Origin: Antechinus flavipes | Taxonomy: Eukaryota | NCBI RefSeq assembly: GCF_016432865.1 | Contig: NC_067402.1 | Coordinates: forward strand, 63,674,001 to 63,738,000 | Direction of reading: 5' to 3' | DNA: 64,000 bases | In this document: in pieces, positions 1-11,850 of the stretch | How positions within the stretch are numbered: position 1 is the first letter of the stretch | Layout of the letters: each line of letters starts with the position of its first letter | Notes under the pieces: model-generated | Told to the model about the DNA's origin: nothing | Database searches by the model: none | Seen by the model: only the letters and a program-made list of their open reading frames with translations | Position numbers and translations under genes: made by a program

Positions 1-411
1 ATTTTTGCTTCTTAAATCTGTATTTTTCAAGCTACAGTCCAAGGAACTTCTATGTTTCAAAAGAGATAATTAAGGAGTTTATAGATCAGAGAAATGTCCT
101 TTTAGAAATGGAATGGAACTCAGTGGTTATCAAATACATCCTCTTTCTTTCTAATAAGGAAACTGAGGTCAGAGTGGGGAGGAAGGACTTTTTATGTTCT
201 GTGGTAGAGTTAACATTAAATTAATTAGGTACCATTATTCAAGTTCAAAGTTAGTAACATTGATCAAGGTTAATTTGCATACCTTATCCCTCTTCTAATA
301 TATATATATTCCTGAGAAGGGGAGGAGGAAATGAGAGGAATTGGACTATATATAAATTTATGTTGGACATTAAATGAAATATTGATATGAGATTTGTGCC
401 TTGGAAAGTCA

Positions 412-423
412 GTGTGTGTGTGT

Positions 424-469
<46 letters not shown>
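412..469. repeat. (TG)n microsatellite
   Basis: About 29 TG units with one interruption; source of the THTH ORF at 270-479. Confidence 0.95.
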
Positions 470-471
<2 letters not shown>

Positions 472-698
472 AGATACACTTACTTTTACTAATCAGCCAG
501 TAAACCTAATTTAAAGTAAGATATACATTTAATGAAATTACCCAGAAAAATAACAATGGAATATTCCTCCCATAACTCTACTATATACCCTCCTACAAAT
601 GCCCACACCATCAATGCGAAGTGTATTCATGCATAGGGATCACCTATATGGGCAATGGTACCTAATAATAAGAACATATAAATACCTAAGATGACAAA

Positions 699-1250
699 TT
701 TTTTTAATTAAAGCTTTTTATTTACAAAACATATGCATGGGTAATTTTTCAACATTGACGCTTGCAAAACCTTTTGTTCCAAATTTTCCCCTCCTTCCCC
801 ATCTCCTCCCCTAGCTGGCAGGTAGTCTAAAACACGTTAAATATGTTAAAATATATGTTAAATCCAATATATGCATACATATTTATACAGTTATCTTGCT
901 GCACAAGAAAAATCAGATCAAGAAGGAAAAAAACTGAGAAAGAAAACAAAATGCAAGCAAACATCAACAGAAAAAGTGAAAATGCTATGTTGTAGTCCAC
1001 ATTCAGTTCCCCTGATCCTTAAACAAACATTGTTACAATGTGAGTTTCTTTTCCTCCCTTAAGATCTCTGGGATATAAGCCCAGGAGAAACACTGCTGGA
1101 TCAAAAGTATGCACAGTTTGATAACTTTTTGAGCATAGTTCCAAATTGCTCTCCAGAATAGTTGGATCTGTTCACAACTCCACCAGCAATACATCAATGT
1201 CTTACTCCAGACTTTTCAGATGTGAGGAGATAGGTTGTCAAATTGGAAAG
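699..1250 (-). mobile_element. Marsupial L1 3' end (3'UTR plus ORF2 C-terminal remnant), internally deleted
   Basis: Begins with T-tract then AAAGCTTTTTATTTACAAAACATATGCATGG, matching the L1 termini at 37293 and 19318; the ACACTGCTGGATCAAA ORF2-end motif is also present in the 37293 copy. Confidence 0.85.
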
Positions 1251-1413
1251 AATGTTTTCAAATCCCACTGAATAAAATATCAAATAATAAATATAGACTA
1301 GACCCTGAATCTGTGAGTATCCAAAAGTCCTGCAACCCAACCCAACTCCCTAGTTTCTTTTTCATAATTGTGTGTGTGTGGGTATATATATATATTTCTG
1401 TTAGGGAAGAATT

Positions 1414-2265
1414 CTAGGAAGATGGTGGAGTAGGTTAGAAAAATCCAAGCTCTCTAGATTTCCTCTACAAACAAATAAAACTGCAAAACTGCTCTCCAGA
1501 GTGAATAGGGTGAAAAACACACAAGACTTGGGGCAGAAAAAGTGTTCTCCTGGAACAACCTGAAGAAAAACTCCAGGAATTAGGGAGGTGTAAATACTTC
1601 CAGGCTAGCTCCACAGAAACAGCACTGGGGAGCTCTGGGGCTAGTGGATTTGAGGGAGCTTCAACCACAGGAATTTTCATCTACCAGATAGCCTAGAGTC
1701 TGAGTCCAGGAAGACTGGGCTAATTAGTAATGCCAGCCTCAGCTATTCCATAGAAATAGATCCCTGGAGAAGATGAACCAGCACACCCCATGAGTGCAGA
1801 GACATTGCTGGCTGACCACCTTGCAGAAGGGTGAAGCTTTTGGCTTGGCATTCTAGGTCAGAGGGGAGAGCTGAAGTGAAGCTAGAGGCACCATTCCTCT
1901 ACTCTCCCCATGATTAGAAATGTTTACATTAATAATTCTCTTTTTAAAAATGAGCAGGCAAAGAAGAACGCAAACATAGAAACTTACTATGGGAATAGGG
2001 AAGACTGGGATTCATCTTAACAGCACAGTGAAGTAAAAAAAAGTCTCTTCTACCCAAAAGAATAATATTAAATGACTACCTGCCCTGAAAGAATTTATAG
2101 AAGTATTTTTAAAAGTCTTCAAAAATTAAATGAGAGAGACTGAGAAATTTAAGAAAAAATAAAAATGAAAACCATTCAAGAAAAATAAAATTATGAAAAA
2201 AAGTTTACCAACTATAAAAGTAGATATAGAGTTTTAAAGAAGAAATTTTTAAAAATTTCAGGAAA
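1414..2265 (+). mobile_element. Old L1 5'UTR and degenerate start of ORF1
   Basis: Starts AAGATGGTGG (CpG-decayed AAGATGGCGG L1 start motif), then ATGAGCAGGCAAAGAAG and A-rich ORF1-like sequence with stops. Confidence 0.6.
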
Positions 2266-2269
2266 ATAA

Positions 2270-3060
2270 ACCTATGCAACTTATTACATATAATATTCCA
2301 CAAACATTATCCCTCTCTCTGTTCTACTTCTAGAATAAAAGGAAGAATGCTCATTCTCCCCCCCCCCCTTCTTAAGCTAAGTTTGGTCAATATAAATAAA
2401 CTACATCCAGTTACATTGTATTATTCTTTTTATTTACATTGCTATAGTCATTATGGATAGCATTTTTCTGGTTGTACTTAACTTTGCATTAGTTTGTATG
2501 AGCCCTCCCATCATATTCTGAATGGTTCATATTTATTATTTTTTTAACAGCATAGTAATATTTCATTGCATTCATGTACCACAATCTGTTGTGCCATTTC
2601 CAATCAAAGAGAACTCAATTTTTCCCTGTTGTTTGCCAACATAAAAAGTTCTGCTAGGATTAGTTTAGTGCATATGGGATCTATCATGATATATTTGACT
2701 TTCTTGAGGGTATAGCACTATTTTTGTGTCAAAGGGCATGGAAATTTTAATCACTCCTCCCCCCCCCATTTAATTTTTCCCTCTAAATGATTAGACCAAT
2801 TCAGAGCTTCACTGGAACTTTCCCATCTTCCTACAGTTTCTTTAGTACTGACTATTTTCATATTTTGTTACCTTTGCCAATTTTCTGGGCATGAGATGAA
2901 ACCTCAGAATTATTTTAATTTGGATTTTTCTTATTATTAATGATTTGGAGTAATATTTTCATATGGTTATTAATAGTTAGGAATTCCTCTTTTCAGAACT
3001 ATTTATTCATTACCTTTAATCACTTATTGGAAATCATTTTCTATAATAACATTTTCAAAA
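2270..3060 (-). mobile_element. Old L1 ORF2 3' end / 3'UTR fragment
   Basis: Antisense L1 motifs such as CATAGTAATATTTCATTGCATTCATGTACCACAAT and ATGAGATGAAACCTCAGAATTATTTTAATTTG. Confidence 0.75.
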
Positions 3061-3779
3061 TGGTCCTTCATAGAATCTGAGGACTAAAAGAAACTATAAG
3101 AAGACACATAATCTATTCTGAAGCAGCTGGTAGGGAAGAGAATAGAGTACCATAAACCTGGAATCAGTTTCAATATTTAACAAAGTTAGGTTGCAATATT
3201 TGTATTTGGCATAGCAGATAAAATGACACACCTGAATATTCTCCATTATCAAGCCGCTGTGTTTCCTTTTAATCAGCCAAATAAGCACAGCACAGGAAGA
3301 GATGCATTTCAGAATCTGAGAACTAAACTTTTCAAGAGTGATGATAATCTTCATGGAATGAAAATTGATTAATACAACAGATAAACTGTGTGCCATGGGA
3401 ATTAATATAGATTATATTTATCTATATGTCAATCATTTCCCATACTGAAAGAAAACATTAAGCAAGCACATCAAAGATATACAGACATAGGCAATAATTT
3501 GAATTGAACTTTCTCGATGGATTTCTAAAACTAGATTCAAACAAAATAAAAGGATTTTAAATTGGCACAAATATTGATTCTTAATGCTTGAAAAACAACT
3601 AAGGGGGATTCCCTTCCACTAAAAGCAAAATGACAATTCTAAACAATCACCCAGAGCTTTTGCTACTCGTTGGGGGAAGATCTGCACCTCTCTCTGATGC
3701 CGTAATTCTTCAGGCAGTATAGGACATGTCAAAGGAGTAATAGGAAGATACAGTTTTATCTCCTCACTAACACAGCTAC

Positions 3780-4030
3780 CATTTTCATTTAGATCCTTAT
3801 CATGCCTCATCTGAAATAATGCAATAGTGTCCTAACTGGACTCTGGGCCACCAATCTCCACTGATTCAATCTATCTTTCACGTGGATACCAAAACTAAGT
3901 CATGGTCCAGTTTAAGCATCATCAGAGGGTCCCCATTGCCTCTCAGATAAAATAAAAACTCATTAGCTTAGCATATAAAGTTCTTCACATCTGGCTCTCG
4001 CTTAAGCCTCTACATTTATTGCAATTATTC
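3780..4030 (+). mobile_element. L2 LINE fragment
   Basis: L2 3'-region motifs (AATAGTGTCCTAACTGG; CCCCATTGCCTCTCAGATAAAATAAAAACTC). Confidence 0.7.
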
Positions 4031-4109
4031 CTCTTCAAATACTCTTAGTTTTTTGCCCATAAGATTCTTATTTTGAAAAATATTTTGATAACTGTTTAAG
4101 ATAATTATT

Positions 4110-4285
4110 AACAGTGTAGGAAAGTCACTTAACCTCTGTTTGTTTCTCCAGCTGTAAAATGGGGGTGGAGTGAGAAAAATAGCACTTACCTCACAGGGTT
4201 GTTGTGAGGAGCAACTCTGATAATGAATGTAAAAAAATACTTAATATGGTGCCTAGCACACAGAAGGTGCTATATAAATGCTTGT
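4110..4285 (+). mobile_element. MIR SINE
   Basis: CORE motif AAGTCACTTAACCTCTG...CTGTAAAATGG and tail CCTAGCACACAGAAGGTGCTATATAAATGC. Confidence 0.85.
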
Positions 4286-4440
4286 TCTCTTCTCTTCCCC
4301 TCCCCTTCTTTTTCTCCCCTCTCCTACTTCCCTCTCTTCCTCTTCCCTCCCCTCTCTTTTCCTTCTTTCTCCTCTATTCCCCTCTCCTCCCTTCCCCTGT
4401 CCTCGCCTCTCTTCTTCTCTTCCCTTTTCCCTTCCCCTTC
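4286..4440. repeat. CT-rich low-complexity tract
   Basis: Almost pure pyrimidine; explains the P/L/S/F-rich ORFs at 4204-4505. Confidence 0.9.
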
Positions 4441-4609
4441 AGACTGTCTTAAAAAGATTAAGAATTCTTGTTCTAGCTAAACTGAACTATTTACTGGTTT
4501 TCTGAACTCAGCACTTCATCTTTCATTTCCATGTGTTTTGTCAAGTTTTTTCCCATGTCTACCATGCATTCTGCCATTTCTTCTTTGTCTTTTATAATCA
4601 GTAGGGTTA

Positions 4610-5015
4610 TTCAAGGCTCAAGTGTTATGTAATCTCTTATGGGAAGTGTTCTTGAGCCTCTTGGTTACTAGTGTTCTTGCCTCGGAGAATTACCTTTTTT
4701 TTCCCCTGAGGCAATTGGAGTTAAATGACTTGCCCAGGGTCATACAGCTAAGAAGTGTTAAATCTCTGAGATCAAATTTGAACTCAGGTCCTCCTGACTT
4801 CAGGGCTGATGCTCTATCCACTGCACCAACTAGCTGCCTCTCCTAGAATTATCTTGCATTTACTCATCTATTCACATGAGCCATTCTCCCAGGAGAGAGT
4901 AAATTCAATGAGGTTCTAGGGATATTTTCATTCTTGTCTTTGTAGTCTAAGAGCAAAGCCTAGCACAGTGCCTTACATATAGTAACCTTTTATAAATGCT
5001 TGTTGGATTTGATTG
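4610..5015 (+). mobile_element. L2 3' end interrupted by a WSINE1
   Basis: L2 terminus CCTAGCACAGTGCCTTACATATAG...ATAAATGCTTGTTGGAT. Confidence 0.65.
4695..4840 (-). mobile_element. WSINE1 (marsupial short CORE-SINE)
   Basis: Reverse complement of the head GAGGCAGCTAGTTGGTGCAGTGGATAGAGC, box B GAGTTCAAAT, CORE and A tail; imperfect flanking repeat AGAATTA. Confidence 0.9.
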
Positions 5016-6179
5016 GATTAGAAGAAAGTATAAAATTTAATAATAGACACAAAGAATTTCTCAATTCAGAAAAAAATCCATTTGCATCTCCAATTTCATC
5101 TATTAGCATAACTGAACATAAAATGCAGCTTTAAAAGTGAACAAGACTTCTTCAAACATGAAAATCCCTTAAATTAATTTTTCTTTTGCCTGGGTAGTCA
5201 AATGATATTGAATTTATGGGACAAAGCATACAGATTTTGTCAGAGTACATTTAGAGATGGAATAGACATTGAGGCAAATGAGTTCATTCCCATTATTATT
5301 TCATTATTCAAATGAAGAAAATGGAGCCCAAAGAACTTAAATGACTTCATAGAAAAAGAACATTTAAAAGATTAACCTAACAACCAAAGTTGGTAAAGTG
5401 TGATCAAGCTTAAGGGAGACTCAAAATTTGAGCTTCCTAAGTCCATGAATCAGTTTATATCAGCACTCAGATAAGAATGGGAAAGTCACAGGCTCTGCAA
5501 TCAGCTGACCAAAACTGACCTCAGAATAATGTTCAGAAGAACTACCATCCTCCACAATCAGAATGAAAGAGGACAGTCTGAAGTCTGGAAATAGTCAACG
5601 ATCTCACTAAAGAACCCTATAGAATAAATCTTAGAAAAAAAGAGAAAAGATTGTGTTGGCTATCACAGTTGCAGATTATAGTTCCAGTGGATTCCTTTAG
5701 TATGCAAGAGGCCATTAAAAAAAAAAAAAGTCTTTCTTGATTGGAAGTATATAATATGAAGAGTTTCAGATGATGTACATATGATGTACAGCAAAATGCA
5801 CCCTCTTCTAGAGTGTCATTTTTTCATGTGACTCCATGTTAACAAGTTCTCTCAGACTTGGAAGAAACTTGGGAGTTCCTTTGTACAGTTTTTATAAACT
5901 GCCCATAAACCTAGACTCTCTAGTCATATGGAATATTGCTGTCAATTATTCATTGGTTGGGAATATCCATTGAAACCTTGAATCATACATTAAAACCATC
6001 AATCTTTCTATGTTTATTTAAATTGAGCTATGGGAATTTCCATCCTCTGTGTTTAGGTAGACAACTCCAGGTAACCAATGCTTGAAATAAGGATTATATA
6101 TCATCATTCCATGTGTTATGGGATAACAAAATTGATAGAAGAAAAATGCTGATTAGAAACAGGGAATCCATAGTTTCTA

Positions 6180-6450
6180 TTCTCTTTTCCCTTTCCCTCC
6201 CTTGTATTTTTCTTCTCTCTCTCCTTCTTTCTATTCTTCCTTCCTTGTTTTCTCCTTTCTTTCTCCCTTCTTTCCTTCTCTCCTCTTCCTTTTTCCTAAA
6301 AGAACTGGACTCCACCCTGATATCCTGATGCAGTATGATTTTGGGGCAAGAAAAAAATAGTTAATAATTATATATAAATATGTATATATATATGCATATA
6401 TATATACACACATATACACACATATACACACATATGTGTGTGTCTATGTG
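6180..6450. repeat. CT-rich tract followed by (TA)/(CA) microsatellite
   Basis: Direct inspection. Confidence 0.85.
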
Positions 6451-9379
6451 TATCACAGAAGGGCTTTGTAGGCATCACATAAGATCATACATATAAAGTA
6501 CTTTGTAAACCTTAAAACTTGTTGGAAGTAGAGTGTCTAATGCAATGTAGCCCTTTCCTGTTCAAAAGCCTCTCCTGTAAAAATTGTTAATATCTCTTTG
6601 GCAAAGTATCTAGGAATTTTACTTGTAAATGTCACTCTATATGATACTTCTCTCTGTAGAATTAGAGAATATGAGCTTGAATTTGATCTGTGAAAAGAAA
6701 AGAAAGATGAAGAGAAGTTTCTTTCATATTGGAACTCAACTTTTATTTATGAAGAAATATTGTTTTATGAGGAGTGAACGTAGAGAGGCACTGTTTTTTT
6801 AGGAGTGAGAATTTGAGAGAAGCTGAAAACAAAATTTTCATGCAAGGATTGAAGAAAAATAGAGAGAACAGAGACAAAGAAGATGGGAAAGTTTTCTTTC
6901 TTTAAACTTTTGCTAACAAAAAAAAAAAAAAAGAAAATCCTTGTGAAGAGACCATATTTGTTTTCCTGAATGAACTTAATGGTATGAGAATGTGTTCTCA
7001 GAAGTAAAGAGAAACCATCTATAGTTACAGAACGAATTTGAATTGTCTGTGCTAACTCTTAAAATTAAAATATAGGAAAGAATTACTTGTTTTATTATTT
7101 ATTTCACTGATAACAAATTATATATTCAACAACTTTAGTGTTTATTTAATCCTAAAAGATTAAGGGATTTAATGATATATAATAACTACTACTGGAGAAA
7201 AAGATTTCTCTAGTTTGTTAAGTAAAGACTAGTTGATAAACTGGGGTGGGGATACTGAACTTCATTGATTTATTTAGATATATGTTGAAATTTTAGTAAT
7301 TGATATCCAAATATACTCCTGGATTATGCTAGTATGATGAGATTAAGCATGAGAATGATTAGAGGAGCACATGGGGGGTTGAGGGGAATGACCAATCAAT
7401 GAGATTGATTGACCCTTTGTAATCTTGCCATACATGATTATATATGGTGGTGATACTGGGAGTTGGGTGTCCTTTAACCTGCTAAAATTGTAAGAACTAG
7501 ATATTAAGTGCTCACCCTAGAAATCACTTTGGAGTCTCAGTTCAGCTTTTTGTGACTCCTTTCTCTATAAATCTAAAGGGAGATACATTGCAAATTTTAT
7601 CAGTAAAAGGCAGGTTCTCCACAAGTCCCAAGGTCATTGCAAAACCCTGGAGGGATCAAGGACAGTAGCCCTGGGGAATTTCTGCCTGAAACCAGCACAA
7701 CATCCATCCCCAGAATCCTATTCTCTTTAGAGATATTTGAAGGACACATGGCCAAAACAGGAATATATTTTAAAAAGAGGCTTTCCCATTTTGGATTCCA
7801 AGATTTAAAAAAAAAAAAGACTTGAAAAATGACCGAGGCATTCAGTGAAACTGGAAGGAATCCTGCAAATCCATCAGAGGCCTTGACATTTTCGAATCAG
7901 GGAGCTCACTATTTGCAGTTTGGAACTTTTTCAGATAGTTCCTGTGAGAGGGCACAACCCTCACTGATGACCTTGCAGGTGTAGATAGCAGTTGCTTCAA
8001 CAAGGGCAAGAGAGTTTGTTGTGTAACAAAGGATGTGAAGAAGTGGGGGAGGAGTGGAGAGAGAAGATCCAATTTTATATGTGCCATAACAGCCTTGATA
8101 AAATCATGGGCTTTTTCATTTAAATTTGTGACAGGATCACAATATTTTTGAATATTCATCTAGACAAAATAAATGGGTTTCCCTTTTTCCCTTTTACAAA
8201 GACAAAGAAAAGAGGTACCATTTCTTTCTCCTTTCCTGGAATGCTGATATGATGCTCAAAGGAGTGTTTACTTTCTGCATAAACTGACCAAAGTAAACCG
8301 CCTATGATTTGTAAGGGGGAAAGGAATCAAAATCAGGGATTGCTGTATTCTACATATGTAGGTCAAATAAATCCACTTGCAGCCCAACAGTATCATCTTA
8401 CTTTCTGGGGTTTTTTTTTATGACCTAGTTTCTTTAAAATCAATTCAAGCATTCAAGATGTTTATAGCAACCTGGTGTGAAGACAGTGGCTGAGATAAAT
8501 ACTAGCCTTGCTACTTTTGTGAAATACTTTAATTTGTTATGCAACATCAAAAAACTCTCCCAAGAATTAAGTGATTTGATTAAGGTGCTTCCAAAGTTAT
8601 ATATGGTTGAACATTTTGCAATCATTCAAAAACAATTACAGGATCAACATATAATTCATTTAAAGAGATAAGTGTGGTAAAGTGGGATGAATCAGTTGTT
8701 TATATAATCTCAAAATAGGAGTAGGAACAGACCTTTTGGTTTCATTTGGATATGCTCTTGATGAATGCAGATACAACCTTGTTACACTTTTAGTCTTAGA
8801 GAATTGACTAGTCTTTGGAGATGAGGTGATTTGCTTGCTAGGTAATTCGACAACTATGTCAAAAGCAGTTCTTGAACCCAGGTCTTCTCTCTTAGAATAA
8901 TTACTAGCCTTTTGATATCATTGATAGGAATATTATAATTGTCCTCACAATATAGATCGGAATGAGAATGTGCTATTGTTGGCAGAAAATTTATATTTAA
9001 ATTTTTATTGTTCTGTTAATGTTTTATGGGGATAGAGACTAGACCTATAATTTTGTTAGTATAGGCAACTATAATAGAGGGAGAAAATTCTCTGCATTAT
9101 TTCAGGTCAACTTGCTGTCCAAGGAATAAGATTCTAGACTTAACTTTTTATCTCAGTTGCTGTGTGACTGGGGACAATGATGGAGTTGATGGAGATGATA
9201 TCTAAGGTTACTTCCAGATATAAAAGAGCTAAGCAGGGATATTGAAACTGAGCCTTTCCAATTATGAAAGAGAATAATTTGCCTTCTGGGTAAAAAAAAA
9301 AAACGAGAAACATTTTTTTTAAAAATATAATTCATAGCTTATAATTATTATTTTATCTTGGCATATTAAAATTTTAGAG

Positions 9380-9660
9380 TTGAAAAGGGCCCTAGGGACC
9401 ATCCAGTGCAATTTTATCAGATTGGACACAACCCCTATATTTCCCTGAGCTGTGTTTTCCAGCAGCTGCCCTTCGTAAACACTTCCATTACAACTCTAGT
9501 GCCCACAAGTCAGGTCGCCAGGAACTCGTGAAAGATCATATTAAGACTACCTATTCCACTTTGGCATAGTTCTCTTTTATCAGGAAGTGTTTTCTGTCAT
9601 TGAGATGAAAGCAGTTTATTTACCACATTCATACAGTGATCTTAGCTCTATCCCTGGGGC
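9380..9660 (-). mobile_element. L3/CR1 3' end
   Basis: Antisense CR1/MIR3 tail AGAGTTGAAAAGGGCCCTAGGGACCATCCAG and downstream L3 motifs. Confidence 0.6.
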
Positions 9661-9679
9661 CATACAAAACAAATTTGTG

Positions 9680-9905
9680 GTGTGGTGAAGAAAGTGCTAG
9701 ACCTGAGCCTGTAAAACTTGATTTCAAATCCTGCTTCACTCCCTTGATAACTCTGTGAATCTAGGCAAGTTGCTTATTCTCTGTTTGCCTCACTTTGCTC
9801 ATCTGTAAGATGGTGAAAATAATAGCACCTACCTCTCAGGGTTTTTGTTGAGGATCAAATGAGATAATGTTTGTGAACCTTCCAAACTATGTATTAACCA
9901 TCATT
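9680..9905 (+). mobile_element. MIR SINE, near full length
   Basis: tRNA-like head, CORE CCTCACTTTGCTCATCTGTAAGATGG, tail GAGGATCAAATGAGATAATG. Confidence 0.9.
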
Positions 9906-9999
9906 ATTACTGTTGCTTATTTATTCCTTCACTTTCCAGGTCATTCTCCTATAAAGGCACTTAATTTTTCTAAATCTCATAAACTATTAGATCCAGAAC

Positions 10000-10480
10000 T
10001 AATCAACATACCCTCCCAATTATCTTACCAGGGCAGAGTGCAGAAGATATCTATGCAACTGAAGATTTTGGTTGTTATTTTATATTATTGTCAAATGTTG
10101 ACTTTACAATCTTTTTTAAAAAGCCTCACATAATTATTCAGGTCTTATTCATATGTAATTGAATTTTTGAACCTAAAATGTACAATTTTACATTTAGTGG
10201 ATTTCATCTTGTGCAATTCAGCTTATCATTCTATCCTGTTGTAATCTTTTGCCATACTGATTTTGTTAACCAAGGTATTAGCTAGTCCTCTGAAATTTAT
10301 CATCCATGAATTTGATAAGTACTCATTATGGTTTTATCCAAGTTATTAAGAAAAAATTTTGCACAAAATAGGGCCTAGAATAGAGAACCATGTAGTACTC
10401 CATGAGAGATCACTCAAGTTGATATTGATGCACTAATCAATTATTCAGTCAGTTTTGGATCTAACTGTATAACCTACTTG
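10000..10480 (-). mobile_element. L3/CR1 ORF2 fragment
   Basis: Antisense CR1 motifs (GAACCTAAAATGTACAATTTTACATTT; TGAATTTGATAAG); continues after a 500-bp interruption. Confidence 0.7.
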
Positions 10481-10984
10481 CTGTAGTTTAGGAGTGGATA
10501 TCTGTCCCCCTCCCTCACCACTCCAACCCCCCATGGTAACACTGGTGCCAGCAGGGAGCTGTCCAGCTCTGAAACTCTTTTAGGAAATACTGGAAGCTAG
10601 AGGCCAGCTTCACATGCCTGGGCATGCAAATAACAACAAAAGCAACAACGATAAAAACAACTACAGGATAATGAGTATGGGAAATTATCTGGGAGTCTGT
10701 CAGATTGTCCTGGCAACTGAAAATTCTGTTTCAAGCTAGACAACATCTCTCCATTTACTCCTTGAGAATCATGGTATTTATATACACTTCTGATCTAGAT
10801 TCTTTCTCCTGTCTCTGGCCCCTCTGCTTTCCCCCCATTTCTCTGGCAACAAATCCACAGCTTTGTGAAAATGACCTGGAACTTCTGAGCCCAATATAAA
10901 GAAGCTTCATTCTAAATCAATTCTCAGCCTGTGCGCATAGCTTATGCAAGGACCCATTGATAGCCTTGACACTGGATGAAGGTG

Positions 10985-11470
10985 GGAAGAATACTACAAT
11001 ATCATTCAGTTCACATCTCTTCATCTTCTCTGCAAATATTTCATTAGAATCTCTGCCTAATGCCTTGAAAATTTTCAAATATAATATGTCTATAGCATTT
11101 TCCTTATTTTCCAATCTCATAATCCATCAAAAAAAAAAAAGAAAGAAAAAGGAGATTAAGCTGGTATGATTTGTTCTTCATACTTACAGTTTTTGGGCTC
11201 CTTATGATTACACTTTCCCTTTCTAACTGTTCATAACCCATCTAGTAATAATACATTTGAGAATTTCCCCAGGAATGGAAGTCCTCACCAACCTATAATT
11301 TGAAGATGCTCCCTGTTCCCATTTCTTTCAGAATCGGGACATAGTCTTGTCTCCAGGCTTGCATGATTTTTTTCAGAGATAGCTGACAGCAATTTAGCCA
11401 TCCCCTCCACAAGTTTATTTAATGTCTTGTGATATAGTTAGTTTGTCTGGGCTTGGTGCCTTGAATTCAT
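10985..11470 (-). mobile_element. L3/CR1 reverse-transcriptase remnant
   Basis: Supplied ORF 10917-11120 (-) reads AIDILYLKIFKALG...EIFAEKMKRCEL, resembling CR1 RT 'VDVVYLDFSKAFD...ILxxKL'. Confidence 0.75.
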
Positions 11471-11709
11471 TGAGAGCAACTAGTTGCTCTTATTTATCTT
11501 TTATTTCAAGTGCCTGCCAACCATTTTTTGCTTTCAAGATGAAAGCTCATTTTCCTTCTTAGAGAAAACAGAAGCAGATAGACTTAAGCAATTCTGCCTT
11601 TTCTTTATTATTCATTATCTTTGTCATATCTTCCCTATGCAATGGAACAAAGCATCTTTGGATCACTCTCTTACTCCCCAAATGAGTAAAATAATGCTTT
11701 TTAAAAGAA

Positions 11710-11850
11710 CACTGGACTTCAAATCAGAAAGAGCCAGGTTTGAGACATATCTCTGATACTTACTAATTGTGGTATCGTGTTTTTATCACTTCATCTTACT
11801 GAGTCTTAGTTTCCTCCTCTATAAAATTGGGATAATGTATATTAAGTGTA
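11710..11850 (+). mobile_element. MIR SINE fragment
   Basis: ACTGGACTTCAAATCAG head and CTTAGTTTCCTCCTCTATAAAATTGGG CORE. Confidence 0.75.

Noticed and set aside
699-3060. Possible twin-priming (5'-inverted) L1 formed by the 699-1250 (-) and 1414-2265 (+) pieces
   Set aside because: The pieces differ in apparent age, are separated by about 160 bp of unrelated sequence, would require a multi-kb missing interval, and share no TSD.
6510-7560. LTR/ERV-like composition after the MIR tail
   Set aside because: No termini, TSD or diagnostic motif could be fixed; not supportable without a database search.
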